A DNA stretch of 61,961 nucleotides, filler included, from Choristocarpus tenellus KU-1152 (GCA_964200185.2; 11 parts of 11 records of this genome joined end to end with filler, not necessarily neighbours in it), one strand, 5' to 3'. Numbered from the whole stretch's first letter, positions 37,387 through 50,439 are shown. Notes: generated by a model not told the origin, from the letters alone. Numbers and translations: made by a program.

Positions 37387-37788
37387 CGTTATTGCCAAGG
37401 GCATGCTTGGATAGATGATGCAATGCAGTTCTGGATGTATTGAAAACGCTTGCAGTTTCCCTTGTTGGTGTGGATAGCCTGTAGTCCTGGTCTACAAATT
37501 TCTTATGTCCATTGCACTCACTGTTCTGTGTTACCAACCTCTTCTTCTTCTTCTTCTGTCCATTCAATTTCTCTTTGTCATGACTTAGGCTGTCCATCAC
37601 CTGAGATGAGCAGGTACAAGGCTGGTCGCCAAGGCATTGTCCTCCTTAATAAGCAGGGCTTAGTGCAGCGTAAATGGGTAGCAACGGATGCCAGTGGTAA
37701 ACCGAATGCTAGCTGCCCCTTGGACATTGAAAGGTGGGTCGTTCTATTCGCAAACGCTTTCGCTGACCAGATCAAAGATTCTGGATGA
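33831..37788 (+). CDS. Response-regulator receiver (REC) domain fused to a peroxiredoxin-like AhpC/TSA domain lacking the peroxidatic Cys
   Basis: Phase-compatible GT-AG exons: 33831-33941, 34116-34406, 34697-34801, 35026-35107, 35709-35953 (or 35980), 36180-36472, 36995-37161 and 37589-37733/37788. REC: VLVVDDS, YDLVLLDIIMPGLNGIE, IPVAMLSG, GAVDVLLKP. Prx-like: VGDTVPDFVL, LLFAFFPGAF, SVVGVGRESPPALKAF...LDFPVISDP, RQGIVLLNKQGLVQRKWV. Start codon not identified. Confidence 0.85.
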
Positions 37789-38283
37789 TGCGAATTGTTT
37801 CCTTTCTGTATTCTTAAAAAAATAAATTGAAGCGTTGCCTCTGCGAGTGATATGCCAGGGACTATTAGTGTTGCTTGTTCATTCATGTCCTGCTTTTTTA
37901 AAGGAAGGGTGAAGAAAATGCAACTTGAGGGGTTGACCTTGAGGTGTGAAGGTGGATTCGAGATGTTTTTATTGTCCCTCTTCTGTTACGATAATTTTTT
38001 CTTGTACTGCTAGTCTTTGCATTCTTGATATGTCACTGAAAGGATTGAAGGCGTGTGTGCCCGAGAGATGTGAGAGCCAGTTACTGACGTCTTCTGAGAA
38101 TGATAATATCAGATTAATCTAAATGTGAAAGTGTCAAAGGTGCCAAGTTCTTTTTTGCTCAAGGGGGCAATCACAATCACCGGNNNNNNNNNNNNNNNNN
38201 NNNNNNNNNNNNNNNNNNNNNNNNNNNTTAATTAATTAANNNNNNNNNNNNNNNNNNNNNNNNNNNNNNNNNNNNNNNNNNNN

Positions 38284-38430
38284 GTAAAATGTGTATGTCA
38301 TGAAATGTGTATCCGGAACAAGGATGTTGACACTTCCTAACAAACACGATGGCCAAAATTACATCAAAATGGCAACATTGGATTGTGTCCCCAAATGGAT
38401 GCGGCTCTACCCTCTAAGATACTTTCGCTC
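38284..38430 (+). mobile_element. MITE family A, right half at contig start
   Basis: ...CCCAAATGGATGCGGCTCTACCCTCTAAGATACTTTCGCTC. Confidence 0.85.
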
Positions 38431-40890
38431 TCAGCCTAATTGAGTGCTCAGAATGAACAAATAAATTTAGTTTATTTCTAGAGCAACTCATACAACAGTT
38501 TTAAAATATTGTTTTGATCATTAATAATTTTTCTCTACATAATTTTCAATTTTGGATCTTCTTCTACTCATCATATTGGGGGAGTGCTCGTTTCAAATGT
38601 AGAGCATGTACCTTGAAAACACACGTAGTATATCGTAGCATAATATGCAAGGAAGTAAATGCTCTGTTGTAGCATGGGTCAAGGAGAGAGAGAGAGAGAG
38701 AGAGAGGTGAGATGAAACAAGTTCAAGCAACAGTTGCATTCAGACAATATGTAAGCACATGCGAAATGAGGACCCCCTACTTGCACTCGATCAAGATGCC
38801 AGACAGGAGCAGAACAATGATTATTTTCCTCTCCGGAGGTCTTAGGGCTTTGAACTCTACAACCCTGAAAAAAAGAAACGATGTGTCATTGAGGGACTGT
38901 AAATGGGAGGAGTCCCCAGCAGCCTAACAACATGAAGGGGGTCAAGAGAGGCAGCACAAGAAGAGTCTTCACACCAATTGTTTGTTCGAGGCAAGCACTC
39001 ATATTTCTTGAATTGGGAGGGTATTGATCAAACGAATACAGAGTATATGGATGCTCTGGAGTATAATGGAGGAACCTGGCCTTAATGTAGTGAGTCTAAC
39101 ACCAAGACCTCCAAATCAGTTTTGTTCTTAATGGCATGTAATGTAACTCTTACCTCCCACAACAGAAGAACTATTATTATTATTATTATTTTGAATTTTG
39201 TTCCTTTGAATGTCACAACAGACATATAATTTCTACAGAATAGGCAACATCACTAGCCCCCCTCCTCATCCGAAGTAGAGAGGGCGCGTCTAGCTACATT
39301 GCTCGACTGCAGTGCCAACAATACCCACACACGCATCCCATACTTCCCCACCCAGTAACCATGCCCCTTGAACACCATTTGCCTCAGCACGAGCATAGGG
39401 GATACTAGACAATCAACATTCAATTACGACCTCGGCTTCCATTTCTCATCCATGGTGAACACAGCAAACAATTCATCAACGAAAAACCTACAACCATTCA
39501 TCAGTCCACCTTTTCCCCTTCCTCCCTCCAGACCCCCAGTCGAACATTCATGCTCAATGTACCCATCACCACAAAACAGTATGGGGTATGATATATCTTC
39601 TATATTTCCATACGCAAGTACTACTGTGTCATTCCCCATGTATTTGACAGGCACACAACCCCCACCACCCTCAAGAAATAGATTACTTCCACCCTGCCCA
39701 GATAGCCACAAATGGTAGAAAAAAAACAAAAGTATTACCAATTAAAAAAAAGTGTCATAAAGTTTCAACGAATGGCCCTCAATATTTTTCCATCTCTAGG
39801 TATACATCCCACGAGTATTCTACCTGTACACGCCCTCAACCCCCTCAGCTCCATACACCACAAAGACGCCTTCCTGCCCACGACCTTGCAAGTTGAGTAC
39901 CTACAGTATACAATAGTCAACCAGAAGCACATCAAAACACAAAACAAGCCCCCGAATCCTTCTTTTTTCCTCTAAAAAAAAAACAGGCTGATTGCAAGGC
40001 AAGGATGTACCTCTATTCAAGTACCACACTCCGAAACTTTGATCCTTCTTCTTAAAGCTGTGCATCCAAACCCTAACCCTAACCCTAACCCAAAAAAATG
40101 TACCAAGAAAAAAAATTAGACCGAAGAATGGAGAAGGATCCCTACATTAAGGAAGGGGGCAAGAAGCATGCATAGAATTTCCACTGGAATGACATCCACT
40201 GATACTAATCCCAGACTCTGCCTCTTCATGTAAAACACCTATCCACTCAGCACTCCAATAATGCATCATAGTGCCTGTTCAAGCCCAACTTCAATTCCCC
40301 CCCTCCCATCTCCTACTCTTACTGGGTGTGCCTTCCAACAGCACTCTCTAACAAACGTTTCACACAAAAAAACAAAAGATCTGGTGGCCTTTCCCCCCAT
40401 CAAACCCCAACCTCCAGACTCACTCAACACCATGACCTTTGTACTCCTTCAAGTCAGGAAAAAACAAGAGACCACAAGAGAGCCTTCTGTTACATGCTTG
40501 TGAGTGCGTCTTTGACAAGCACCTAAATCTCATCACCAAATCTCTTCCCAGGACAAGAGGTAAGGAAAATTCCTTAGATCAGGAGTGTACAATACACACA
40601 AAATATGAGATGATCACCGACAATGTCTAAATAAAGCACGCCTCCCAAGGCATAGCTTTCCCCCCCCTCCCACCTAAGTCACCACACCAACTCTTACAAG
40701 TTCCTCCTTTCCCTACAACATGTAAAACATAATATGAGACAACCACTGTATACGAGAGACCCCACATCACCCAACACATTTCGTGAGCGCTCTAACAGAG
40801 GCTGGTGTACAATACCTCCCCAGTCTCACCTCTATCTCTATCTTCCTCCCAATCCCACACAAAAACATATTTGTTGCCTGTCCTGTCCTC

Positions 40891-43800
40891 TCACATGGCC
40901 CGAAAAAAGGGCTCTTCAAAGGGAGAAGGCGCAGCAGTAATTGATCCTGCAAAGTACTTTACACCTTCACTCTTTCCTCCCCCCACGGCCACCTTGATGA
41001 ACATATTCTCTGATGAATCTTCCTTAACCCCCAGGCCATCTCTGGCAAAGTTGGGTGCTGGATTTGCCGCCTTACCCTCCACCAATCCTGTTGGTTCATC
41101 CACATGAGGTGCTATTGAGCTACCGAGCACCTCGTTATCAATGCACCCTCCCCCAGAACATCCACAGGATAACCCTTGATCCCTTCCTTTCCCCTCTGGT
41201 GCCCCTGTCTCCATCCCTACGATATCATTAGTCACCGACGAGCTACTCTCAGGCTGCTCTGTAGCATGCTCCAGAGATTCAGAGGAGTACACTGGGGTGA
41301 GCGTGCTCCCTGACATTGGAGGTGGTTGCGATGGGGGCAGGGGTACACTAGCCAATAGGTGGTAGAACTCTGCATAGGTGAGACCTTGATTCATCATTGT
41401 GTTGGTCCGGGCTCTAATGTCCTCGGGACTTGGGACCCCAGCAGCCGAGGCCCGACGGTTCCCATTGGCATCTAGCTCCTCTCCATCCCAGATGGGGTCA
41501 GGCATGGCATTTGAGCACACACTTGTATCAGACAAGATGTGAACAGCACAGTGAAAGTCTTCCTCCACTTCCTTCCTTGTCCTCACCTGGGCTCCAATTC
41601 CATGCAAACAACACACAGGGCAAATCATATCAAGGGAGAACGGGAAGGAGAGTACGGGCGAGGAATGTGAGATGTAACTGTACAAGGAATACACACACGT
41701 AGTGAAAGTGCTTTAGATCCAACCTACCTCCTTCACACAAAGAACCGAGTTTATTGAAAGTGTGAACGCTGTGTAGCCTGTGACACATGTCTCCTGTATA
41801 CACAGAGGGGGGGGGGGAAGCAGACAACAGAGGAAACCTTGAAAAGAACAAAAAGGGAAGATGAGAAGAACCAAGTACACCTTAATAGCATGTCCCGACT
41901 TCATATCTTACAATGCCATACTGTGCTTTGACACTAGTTAATTCCTTTACCGATCTCTCAAATAACCCCCTCCCCTTCCCCCTCCCTCTCCCCTCTAGCC
42001 TACACACACTCCACCCGCCTCCCTTGTCACTCACCGCACCAAACATCTCTGCCATGTCCTCCCACCCCACTGTCTTGGGGTTTCCCCTTTCCTTCCTTGT
42101 TGCCAATTGCCCAAACACAACCCTTGACAGTGATTCATCTGCTGGTCTTCCTGCCAGGCACGCTCCTAGGAAGGTGTTCAAATAAACACGGCCTGAACTA
42201 CCCTCCTCTTCCATCGCCAAGAAAATATTCCTACACTGCCGCTTGATCTCTTCATCCCTGACTCCCTCCTCTTTCCCACCCAAACTACAACCAGCCACCA
42301 CCGCTGATACTTCATCCTGACCGCATGTGTCATCAATTGTGCTTTCCCCTAAGTGACCCGGGCCAGTGATGAAGGGCCCGTGGTATCGTCCTGGCCCCTT
42401 CGTGGCAGCAAACACGGCCTGTAGGAGAGGAGATTTCCATGGGAGGAAAAGTAAGGAGAGTGGGTGGGGAGGGATAGGGTTTGTTATCAAACATGTGCAA
42501 GTGTGAGAGGGATCGAAATTTTTGGACTGCAGAAAGGGAACCGAATCACATGACCTCCACTTCTCTTGCCTGGAGATGCACCTGTTACACATCAATTTTC
42601 ATAAAGATGCTGACTGTAATCAGGGGGTATAGATGGGCTAGAATGATGACTCTTACTCCAACATAAATTCCACAATGCTTCGCCTCTCCTTACACAAACC
42701 CTTGTCTAGGCACTGGGAAAACATCTCAGCACTCGCTACAGCATGTCTGAATCAAGTACAGAACACCTTAAACATATTGGCAATTCACTACCACTACGCT
42801 CAACAATACTGGCCCCCACGATCACTGCACCATGAACATGAGTGCAAACACGCTTCCTCTTTCCTTCACAAACAGATGACGACACATCAAAAGAACAAAA
42901 AAGAGGGGTGTATGAGAGAGGATACAAAACGCCAACAAACACACTAACAAAGCCTATCTAACAATCACACTGCACTGACCTAGCCTCCCCCCAGTCACAT
43001 TCAATATCCATCACCCACCCACCTGCAGCAAGGTGTCCTCTGTAAAGTAACCCCTGCCTTTGAAATCCAGGCTACGGAAAACATTCTTGGCCACCGCAAC
43101 GGAAGGCGTTTCCAAGCGATGTGCTACCATCTGAAGAGCTGTGCGCCGTAACAGGCAGGAATTCTACCAAGAAAAAAATAATACACAAGAGCAGCAATAG
43201 CAGGCAGCAGTAGGGTTGGGGGTGTGGTGAGGAACAGTAAGAGTTCTTTTTTCCAATCTGGGCATACGCCCAACAAAGCTTTCCACACCATAGTAAGGCG
43301 TCATTTTGGGTCAATCAAACCATTTTGATACGCGAATTAAATGCCTCCAGCAATTGAAATCCACCAGGGACGCCGCCCAAGCCGACAAGGCGGCGTATCT
43401 CATTATTATTATTTTTTTATTATCTGATTTTTTTTTTCCCACAATATTTTAAGGTTAAAACTAAAACTCTACCTGGTACTTTTCTATCTCCCAAGATGTT
43501 TCTATGGTACAGTGAGGTAAAGTTGCGACCACCAATACTATTTTCTACTCTTAAATATTGAGAAAAGCAAAGTATGACGCAGTGAAGGAAATATTAATGT
43601 GCTATGTTTAGAGACAAAACAGCAACGCAACTATATCGCAGCAGAGGTGTGTGTCTGAACCTGTCCAGAAGTCACTCCATCATGGACTTCAATCATTTAA
43701 ACAGAAAAGTGTGTCAAGGAAAATTCAACCCGTCCATCTACTGGGGACACAGAGAAGGGTGAGCATTAAGTTGGCAACATTACCTAACTCTGAAAGAATA

Positions 43801-44977
43801 TTTTCAACAGAGTGCATTGGGATGACCTTCCTGATTAGTATACTGCCCGCGTCGGGTAACACAGATACACAAGTCGTGAATTATTTTTTATTCATTTAGC
43901 CAGAAGAAAAAATATTATTTTTTCGCAAGAACTCCAGGCCCATCACAATCAGAATCCTACTCTCACCCCAGAACACACCCAAGTGACAAATTCATCAGCG
44001 GCATTATAGTAGGTTTCTGGACACAAGGTGGTGGATATCTGCGCCCACCATTGTTTGACCCTCCTTCCCTTTCCATGCACCTGCTTGATAACATCTCAAA
44101 TAGATACATCCTTGCATTCTTAAACCCGAAATTATCTGGCGTTCTGAACTAGCACCAATTAAAATCAGCTGCATCCAATAAATTGAGACAACGGATAACC
44201 AAATACTTTGATAACATTATATTCATTTTTTAAAATTCTGATTATGTACACGCCTCTGAAACTTCCTTCAAGTGTAACGCACGATGACACGTGCATACAT
44301 GCGTGTCACGTTACCCTCAAAATTTTCGCCTTTGGAATGGCACAGCCCCTCACAACTCAAGGATTGTGCTATTTAGCTGCAGGTATGCAGCTCCTTATGT
44401 GCTATGACCCAGACGATAAATCAAAACTGAAGCTGGCGAGAGCTGAACTGACTACTATATCTCTAAGTGACACATATCCGTTTTGGTTTACAACTCTAAA
44501 ATTGCATCACTATTACCAACAAGGAGCAAAAGGATTACACAACTCACAGTTGTGCTATTTTGTTGCAGTTCAATATCTCAGCTACTTACCCACCTAAACA
44601 GTTTTATCGGATTAAATAAATTCTATTGGGAAGGCGTGCGCTAAAAGCCGTAAACAGTGCTCCCACCCGCCTCCCCAAAAAGCAGACCCTGCACCATCTC
44701 TTGAGAAAATCTGTTCTACTCTGCAAAAAAATAAGATGAAAAGATAGACCAGCGAACCTCACCCTACAGCAACACACACAGGCAGCAGAATACCGAGAGC
44801 GAGCACCGGCTCTATCAATCTCATTATGCTGCTCGTACAAAGGAGCCAACCCAATACCTTGAAGGCCTCAAGTGACGAAAGGATGCCCACAGGAAGAGGC
44901 TCCACAGACCGAGGTTTAGGGTTGAGCCACGGGTGGTCCAGGGCCTCGATAGCTGTCATCCGCTTCTCAGGGTCTTT
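40891..44977 (-). CDS. CDPK-like Ser/Thr kinase, C-terminal part (end of kinase domain, junction, degenerate calmodulin-like domain)
   Basis: Phase-0 exons: 44977-44858 (KDPEKRMTAIEALDHPWL...LSSLEAFK), 43163-43023 (LRRTALQMVAHRL...VFRSLDFKGRGYFTEDTL), 42418-42035 (IFLAMEEEGSSGRVYLNTFLGAC...VGWEDMAEMFG) and 41586-40891 (...LTYAEFYHLL plus low-complexity tail). Confidence 0.75.
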
Positions 44978-45590
44978 CTGTTGCGTGGTTTTCCAGAACA
45001 ATATACAACGTTGTCAAGTCAATAACCTCTCCCTATCTATCATCCCTTGTTCAAAGAAAAAAAAAAAAAGTGCCCCTCACGAACACCTTCCAATATCAAG
45101 CCAGCCCTCTCCCCCCCCCCNNNNNNNNNNNNNNNNNNNNNNNNNNNNNNNNNNNNNNNNNNNNTTAATTAATTAANNNNNNNNNNNNNNNNNNNNNNNN
45201 NNNNNNNNNNNNNNNNNNNNGGGAGGGGGGGGGGGGGGGGGGGGGCGGGGGAATTGTAAAATATGGAGGAGGTGGAGTATCAGACCTACCATCAAAAGCA
45301 AAGCTTGAATGGAAGCACAATAATGAACTCACATTTGCGTCGACTCTTGGAGGTAACAAATTTCGGCATGATACATAAATTTATATGCCCTTCGCATGTA
45401 GTCATTGAATAATATAGAGGCATCTGCATTACTAAACAACTGCATCACAAAATTCTAACCAAATTGCAGCATTGAGATCCAATTCAAAGGTCCATATCCT
45501 GTGATTTAATTGGTAATAAATAAGGTGTGAGAAATGACAGTGAGAGAGGAGAGCGAGAAGAAAAATCAAGCAAAAACTTTCAGATTTTAC

Positions 45591-46072
45591 CTCCAGGATC
45601 TGGTTGTAGGTCTCCACTTGTGTTAGGATCTTGAGTTGAGCCTCTTTGTCGTAAGAGCCTGCTGTCACATGTCCCGTTGTATCCCTTGTTGGATCAAGAA
45701 GGAACATCATCCGGGGTACCCCGTGTTCATCTAGAGGATACAAGTACGAGGTGAAGTTTGATGCATGTTCCTCACGCATGCCAAGGAAACGAAGAAATTC
45801 ACAAGATCGCTCAATCCCATTGCTTCCAAGAAAATCCGTAAACCTGGGAAGGTGAGAAAGCTATTAAATATCAGTGGAACAGTGGTGAACGTCAGAAATG
45901 ACATACACGTAGTATTTTCTTAACTACTACGTAGTACACTATTTCCTGTCAGCTGGTATTTTGCACATGTTATCACAGGGAGAGAACGAAGGTATCATCT
46001 ACAGATTACCATAGTACCTCTGGTGGGGTATATATGTCCATCCACGGTTGGCATCAAACAGATAAGAAACCC
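45591..46072 (-). CDS. Two exons of an unidentified protein-coding gene
   Basis: About 46072-46017 (VSYLFDANRGWTYIPHQR) splices in phase to about 45843-45591 (FTDFLGSNGIERSCEFLRFLGMREE...QVETYNQILE|GTAA). Confidence 0.5.
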
Positions 46073-46468
46073 TGCACTGGATATCATGCAGAGAGCAGAT
46101 GCAGTACACCAACTACATAAATATTCGATGTCCCTCTTGTGAGGCTTCTCTCAGATCTGTGGATGTTCCTTCCCTAGAGTCTCCAATGTTCAACTAGAGA
46201 TCTAAAGCATAATATAATGATTACTTCCGTAAAATCAGTGAAGTAAGGTTTGCAAGTAGGTCAAATTTCACCCTCACCCAACAAATCCATCTGCATCAAA
46301 AGATGAAGTGTTTATGAACGTATGTAGTTGTCACATTGGGGTCACTATGTCAGCACGTCATACAGCATTAGCTCTTCCAGGAAAATGCATCCTGCTATCC
46401 AGATTACATGCCATCGTCGCCTACGTGAGGAAATACTGCAAGATTATTGCATTCTATGTCGGCAAAAA

Positions 46469-46640
46469 GAGTGAACGTATCTCAGAGGGTACGAGGTTTG
46501 CCATGTTTGTCCGTATGGGGCTTGGCTTCCCACATTTTTTTTTTAACCTTTTCCTACTCCGAAATGTTTCGGACATTAGATTTTGGCCCCCAAACGGACA
46601 AACAGGGCAAAACTCGTACCCTCTAAGATACTTGGACGCC
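46469..46640 (+). mobile_element. MITE family A, short rearranged copy with two left-type ends
   Basis: The right end CCCAAACGGACAAACAGGGCAAAACTCGTACCCTCTAAGATAC is the reverse complement of the family's left end. Confidence 0.8.
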
Positions 46641-47462
46641 AAAACATTTCAAATAGACTACAGCTCTTGCACCGATGCGTTGTTCCTGAAAATGTGCTGA
46701 GCTCAAACAAAGTATGTATATTTCTCAGCCCACAACGTCACCAAGCAAGTCATTTTTCGCAGTGTCGAACTTCGAAAAACTGTCGAGAGTTCTGATTTTC
46801 TTATCTCCTGCAATGCCATGTAACATATTACTTAGAAGACTACAAAATATGGCGAATACTCCTCTAATCGGACCCTACCATATGAGGAGACACAATCGTA
46901 ACCTCGAAAAATACCTTCTCCTTCTCAATAAAAATAACATTCCTGATGCAATTAGATAGCATCTCCTGAAGTTCCCAGAGACCTCATCCAATACTTAATT
47001 TACATAGAATGAAGATACCTCCAGCCCCCCCCCCTTATATCTGCAATTATATCATTTTGTTGTCTCTGTTCAATACATAAAAAATTCTAGTGTTTCTTGT
47101 GATGGTCCAACAGAGAAACATTCAACATTTCTAGACAATACCTCGATTATTCAGTAATATTTTATTTTGAGAAGTAGGAGCCACACACACAAGTCACCTT
47201 GGGTCACCTCATATTTACAACAGCATTTCCAATGCTATGAATGTGTCAGATTTCTCAGGAATCTATGGTAGCAGCATAGCAGAGTGTAAGTCCTCCCATC
47301 GGCTCAACTGGCTGACAGTGGAAATATAGCTGACCACCAAGGATGGTAAGGCAGTTGGCATGTAAAGTCTGGAAGAGTCCAGTCACAATCATATTCAAGA
47401 AACCATAGGTTGGAGTTCACACTACCCTGAAGAAGAATCCCGCAGGAGAGGGAAGAAGAAGC

Positions 47463-47643
47463 GGGTCAAAGTAGCTGTGTGTGTGTGTGGCGGCTGTCCA
47501 TTTGGGGTCAATTTTTTCATGTCGCGATTTTGGGTGATTTGGTTGCATATGTCGGATGGATAATGTAAATGCACTTTTCCTGCTTTGGGGTCAAATGGAC
47601 ACCCTAGTGTAGTCCCCTCCCCCCCTCCCAGATACTTTGGGTC
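47463..47643 (-). mobile_element. MITE family B, reverse copy, 3-bp TSD AGC
   Basis: AGC|GGGTCAAAGTAGCTG(TG)n...CCCAGATACTTTGGGTC|AGC. Confidence 0.85.
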
Positions 47644-48199
47644 AGCAGAGACTACAACTTCTATCTCTTAGGAGGAAAAGAGGGCAGTAATATACGAGCT
47701 GTACCTCTATCAGTCTCCTGCGGTAACCCGCTAGAGTGTGATGGGGCAACACTACAGAGACTGAAGAAAGGGCCTGAACATAAACCGGACCAGAAAACGG
47801 TTCAAAGTTTTTTATGAAGATCAACCTGATAGCAGTCCCACAACATACGTTAATATACATCATAAACTAGAGCAGCATCTCATGTATATATGGAAAAGAC
47901 TGTCGAAGAGGCAATGGGAGGGGTGGACTACGACCAAGAGTTGGTGGCTGCAGCTATGCAATCACTCAACAGCAGATCAGTCTCACACGCCTTGATATAA
48001 CTATGCATGCTTCCCTAGGTCTCACCCCTAGAACTGCTTGAACGTCAAGTATCCCCCGGCCACAAAGATATGCCACATATTTGTTTCCAGGGTTTAGAAG
48101 AACAGGGTTGTCCTAAAGGATGGGCGAGTCGCTCGAACAATAAGGGGCCTTTGTCCTAGGCATCCCAATAAACAACCGCGTTTGACAGTTTTATGAGGT

Positions 48200-48520
48200 T
48201 TTTGATCCCCGTCAAATGCTGCTTGATCGATATTGCTATTGGTTTTCCTCAACAATCATGACAGGCCACCATCTCAAACTTTGCGCAGTTCCAAGTCTAT
48301 TTGAAAACTATACCTCGTCCAGGAGGTTTTATCACCTGGTTTGTTCTTGGGTAAGAACGGAGAAAAGTATCCAGAAGTCTGAAGGGATTTTCTCTGCCAC
48401 ATCCTTGGATGTAACATTCTACAATATTCTAGACATTCGACAGGAGCCGTCAGAGAATATTCGGAATTTTGTACTGAGGATCATTGAGCCAGGTGATACC
48501 ACATAATAAACAGATGAACC
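48200..48520 (+). mobile_element. Possible decayed LTR-retrotransposon gag fragment
   Basis: LDIRQEPSENIRNFVLRI resembles the gag Q.G..ES...Y..RF motif; the surrounding frames are broken. Confidence 0.3.
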
Positions 48521-49920
48521 TCAACCCTAACGAAAAATTTGGCTTAGAGTAGGTAGAATTGTTGAAGGTTTTTAGAAAAGGGGTATCCTTACCAATCAGT
48601 TCAGGTACTGTTGATTACATCTTGGCGTGCTACGCTCCTCACCCCAGCATCACGAAACTTTCTTCGGCTTGGTGCATGCTGCAGTAGGACCAACATCACT
48701 TATGTCTGACAATGACCGGGGTTCATTCACAAATGCGGTAACTACCAGCATTTCTGTACACAGACCTCTGCTTCGAAGACATTGGTCATCTTCTCAAGGT
48801 TGCAAAGAGCCTTGCGCAACGGCTCAGTGCTCAAGGTTGAGAATCGACAAGTGAAGTCCAATTGCTGTACCCCAACACCTACAAGTCCCTGGAATTGCCT
48901 TCCCACCACATCTTATCTAGAAGGTTACTTCCACTCTGTCTGTGAGTATGAAGACTGGCAAGCTTATCCAGAAGTTGGGCACGCCACCAACAATCACCAG
49001 AGTAAACCCGAGGGAACAAGTTACTGTTCTACTAAAGGTAAAGATTGCTAACGGAGACGATACCGTTGGTTCAAGAGAGTGGACAATCCATCGACCAACT
49101 GGCATCAGCAACGGCGGTGAGGTTTTGAGCTTCCACCATCAAGCCACCCAATCTTACCAATTGATCATGTGTTGAGGGTTACTGAGGTCGGCCCTAAAAA
49201 CCCCACAAGAATATAGTACAAGAAAGTGGAATATTGACAGCTAGCATTGAAACTTGCCCAGTGAATTATTGGTGAGGTAGCCTTGAGAAATAATGTCACG
49301 CTGCAAGTCATAACCTCCCAATCCATAAGACGGAGGAGTAACCACATACCCCAGCTGATGCACCGAACCCCAAACTAACAAGTTTGTGGGGAAGACCATA
49401 TGAAGCGAAGGAATGTGTGTAGTACCTGCCGCATATCATGTACTTTGCAGTATAACAGTTTAGAAAAGGCTGACGAGAAGTGACACTTCACGTGCTACAT
49501 CCAAAACACCACGAAGAAGGTGCACCCACTGAAACTGATATTGACGCCTTACACACATTGCTTGGAATAGGTAGTAGCTGAACAAGATCTTGATCAGGGA
49601 TTGAGTTCACAGCCAGTTGCTGGGTCACATTTTAGAGGGCATTATTAACCGCACGTGAGGTGTTAGTAGAAAGTCCACCCACAATAAATTACATGTATCG
49701 GGTTCATTCTCAAGGTTTTGTCCATGATGCTTCATGTAAACCTGCCACAATACCCGAACGCGCAGAAATGATCGCATGCCACCTGGGAAGGATTAAGTTG
49801 GAAACTCCTATTTCAAGAGCCACTGATAATGCAACTGGTCAACAAAGGAAGGTCACCACCTCAAAAACAGCCGAAGAAGTAGATTTGCAACAAATCGAGC
49901 GTCCACCAACAAGCAACTCA

Positions 49921-50097
49921 GACCCAAAGTATCTGGGGGGGAGGGGGTCTACACCAGGGTGTCCATTTGGACCAAAATCAGGAAAAGTGCACTTTCATCA
50001 TCCATCCAATTTATGGAACCAAATCACCCAAAAATCGCGATATGAAAAAATTGGTCCCAAATGGACAGCCAACCCCCCCCCCCAGATACTTTGAGCC
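49921..50097 (+). mobile_element. MITE family B, full copy (about 177 bp)
   Basis: TIR GACCCAAAGTATCTGGGGGGG...CCCCCCCAGATACTTTGAGCC, flanked by CTCA/CTTA. End fragments of this family also lie at contig edges (about 40-66, 28740-28772, 28873-28910, 50218-50254). Confidence 0.9.
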
Positions 50098-50439
50098 CTT
50101 AGTCTCCTCTAGTCGTGNNNNNNNNNNNNNNNNNNNNNNNNNNNNNNNNNNNNNNNNNNNNTTAATTAATTAANNNNNNNNNNNNNNNNNNNNNNNNNNN
50201 NNNNNNNNNNNNNNNNNGTGTAGACCTCCCCCCTCCCCCCAGATACTTTGGGTCATTTCTTATCCCTATATTACGGCAGTACTTCAGTACATATATGGCA
50301 ACTAGATACTCTGGTGCATCCACTGTCCTCCCACCAAATTGTTCAACATGACTAGCCGTGAGTATGAATCTACCGTGGGGAAGTTGATGTTGTCTATGCC
50401 ACGTCAGACTGCAGAGGGGATGTTGACATCAGAATAGAA

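Noticed and set aside
37132-37418. Poly-Pro and poly-Gly ORFs
   Set aside because: Low-quality G-runs around a 10-N gap inside an intron
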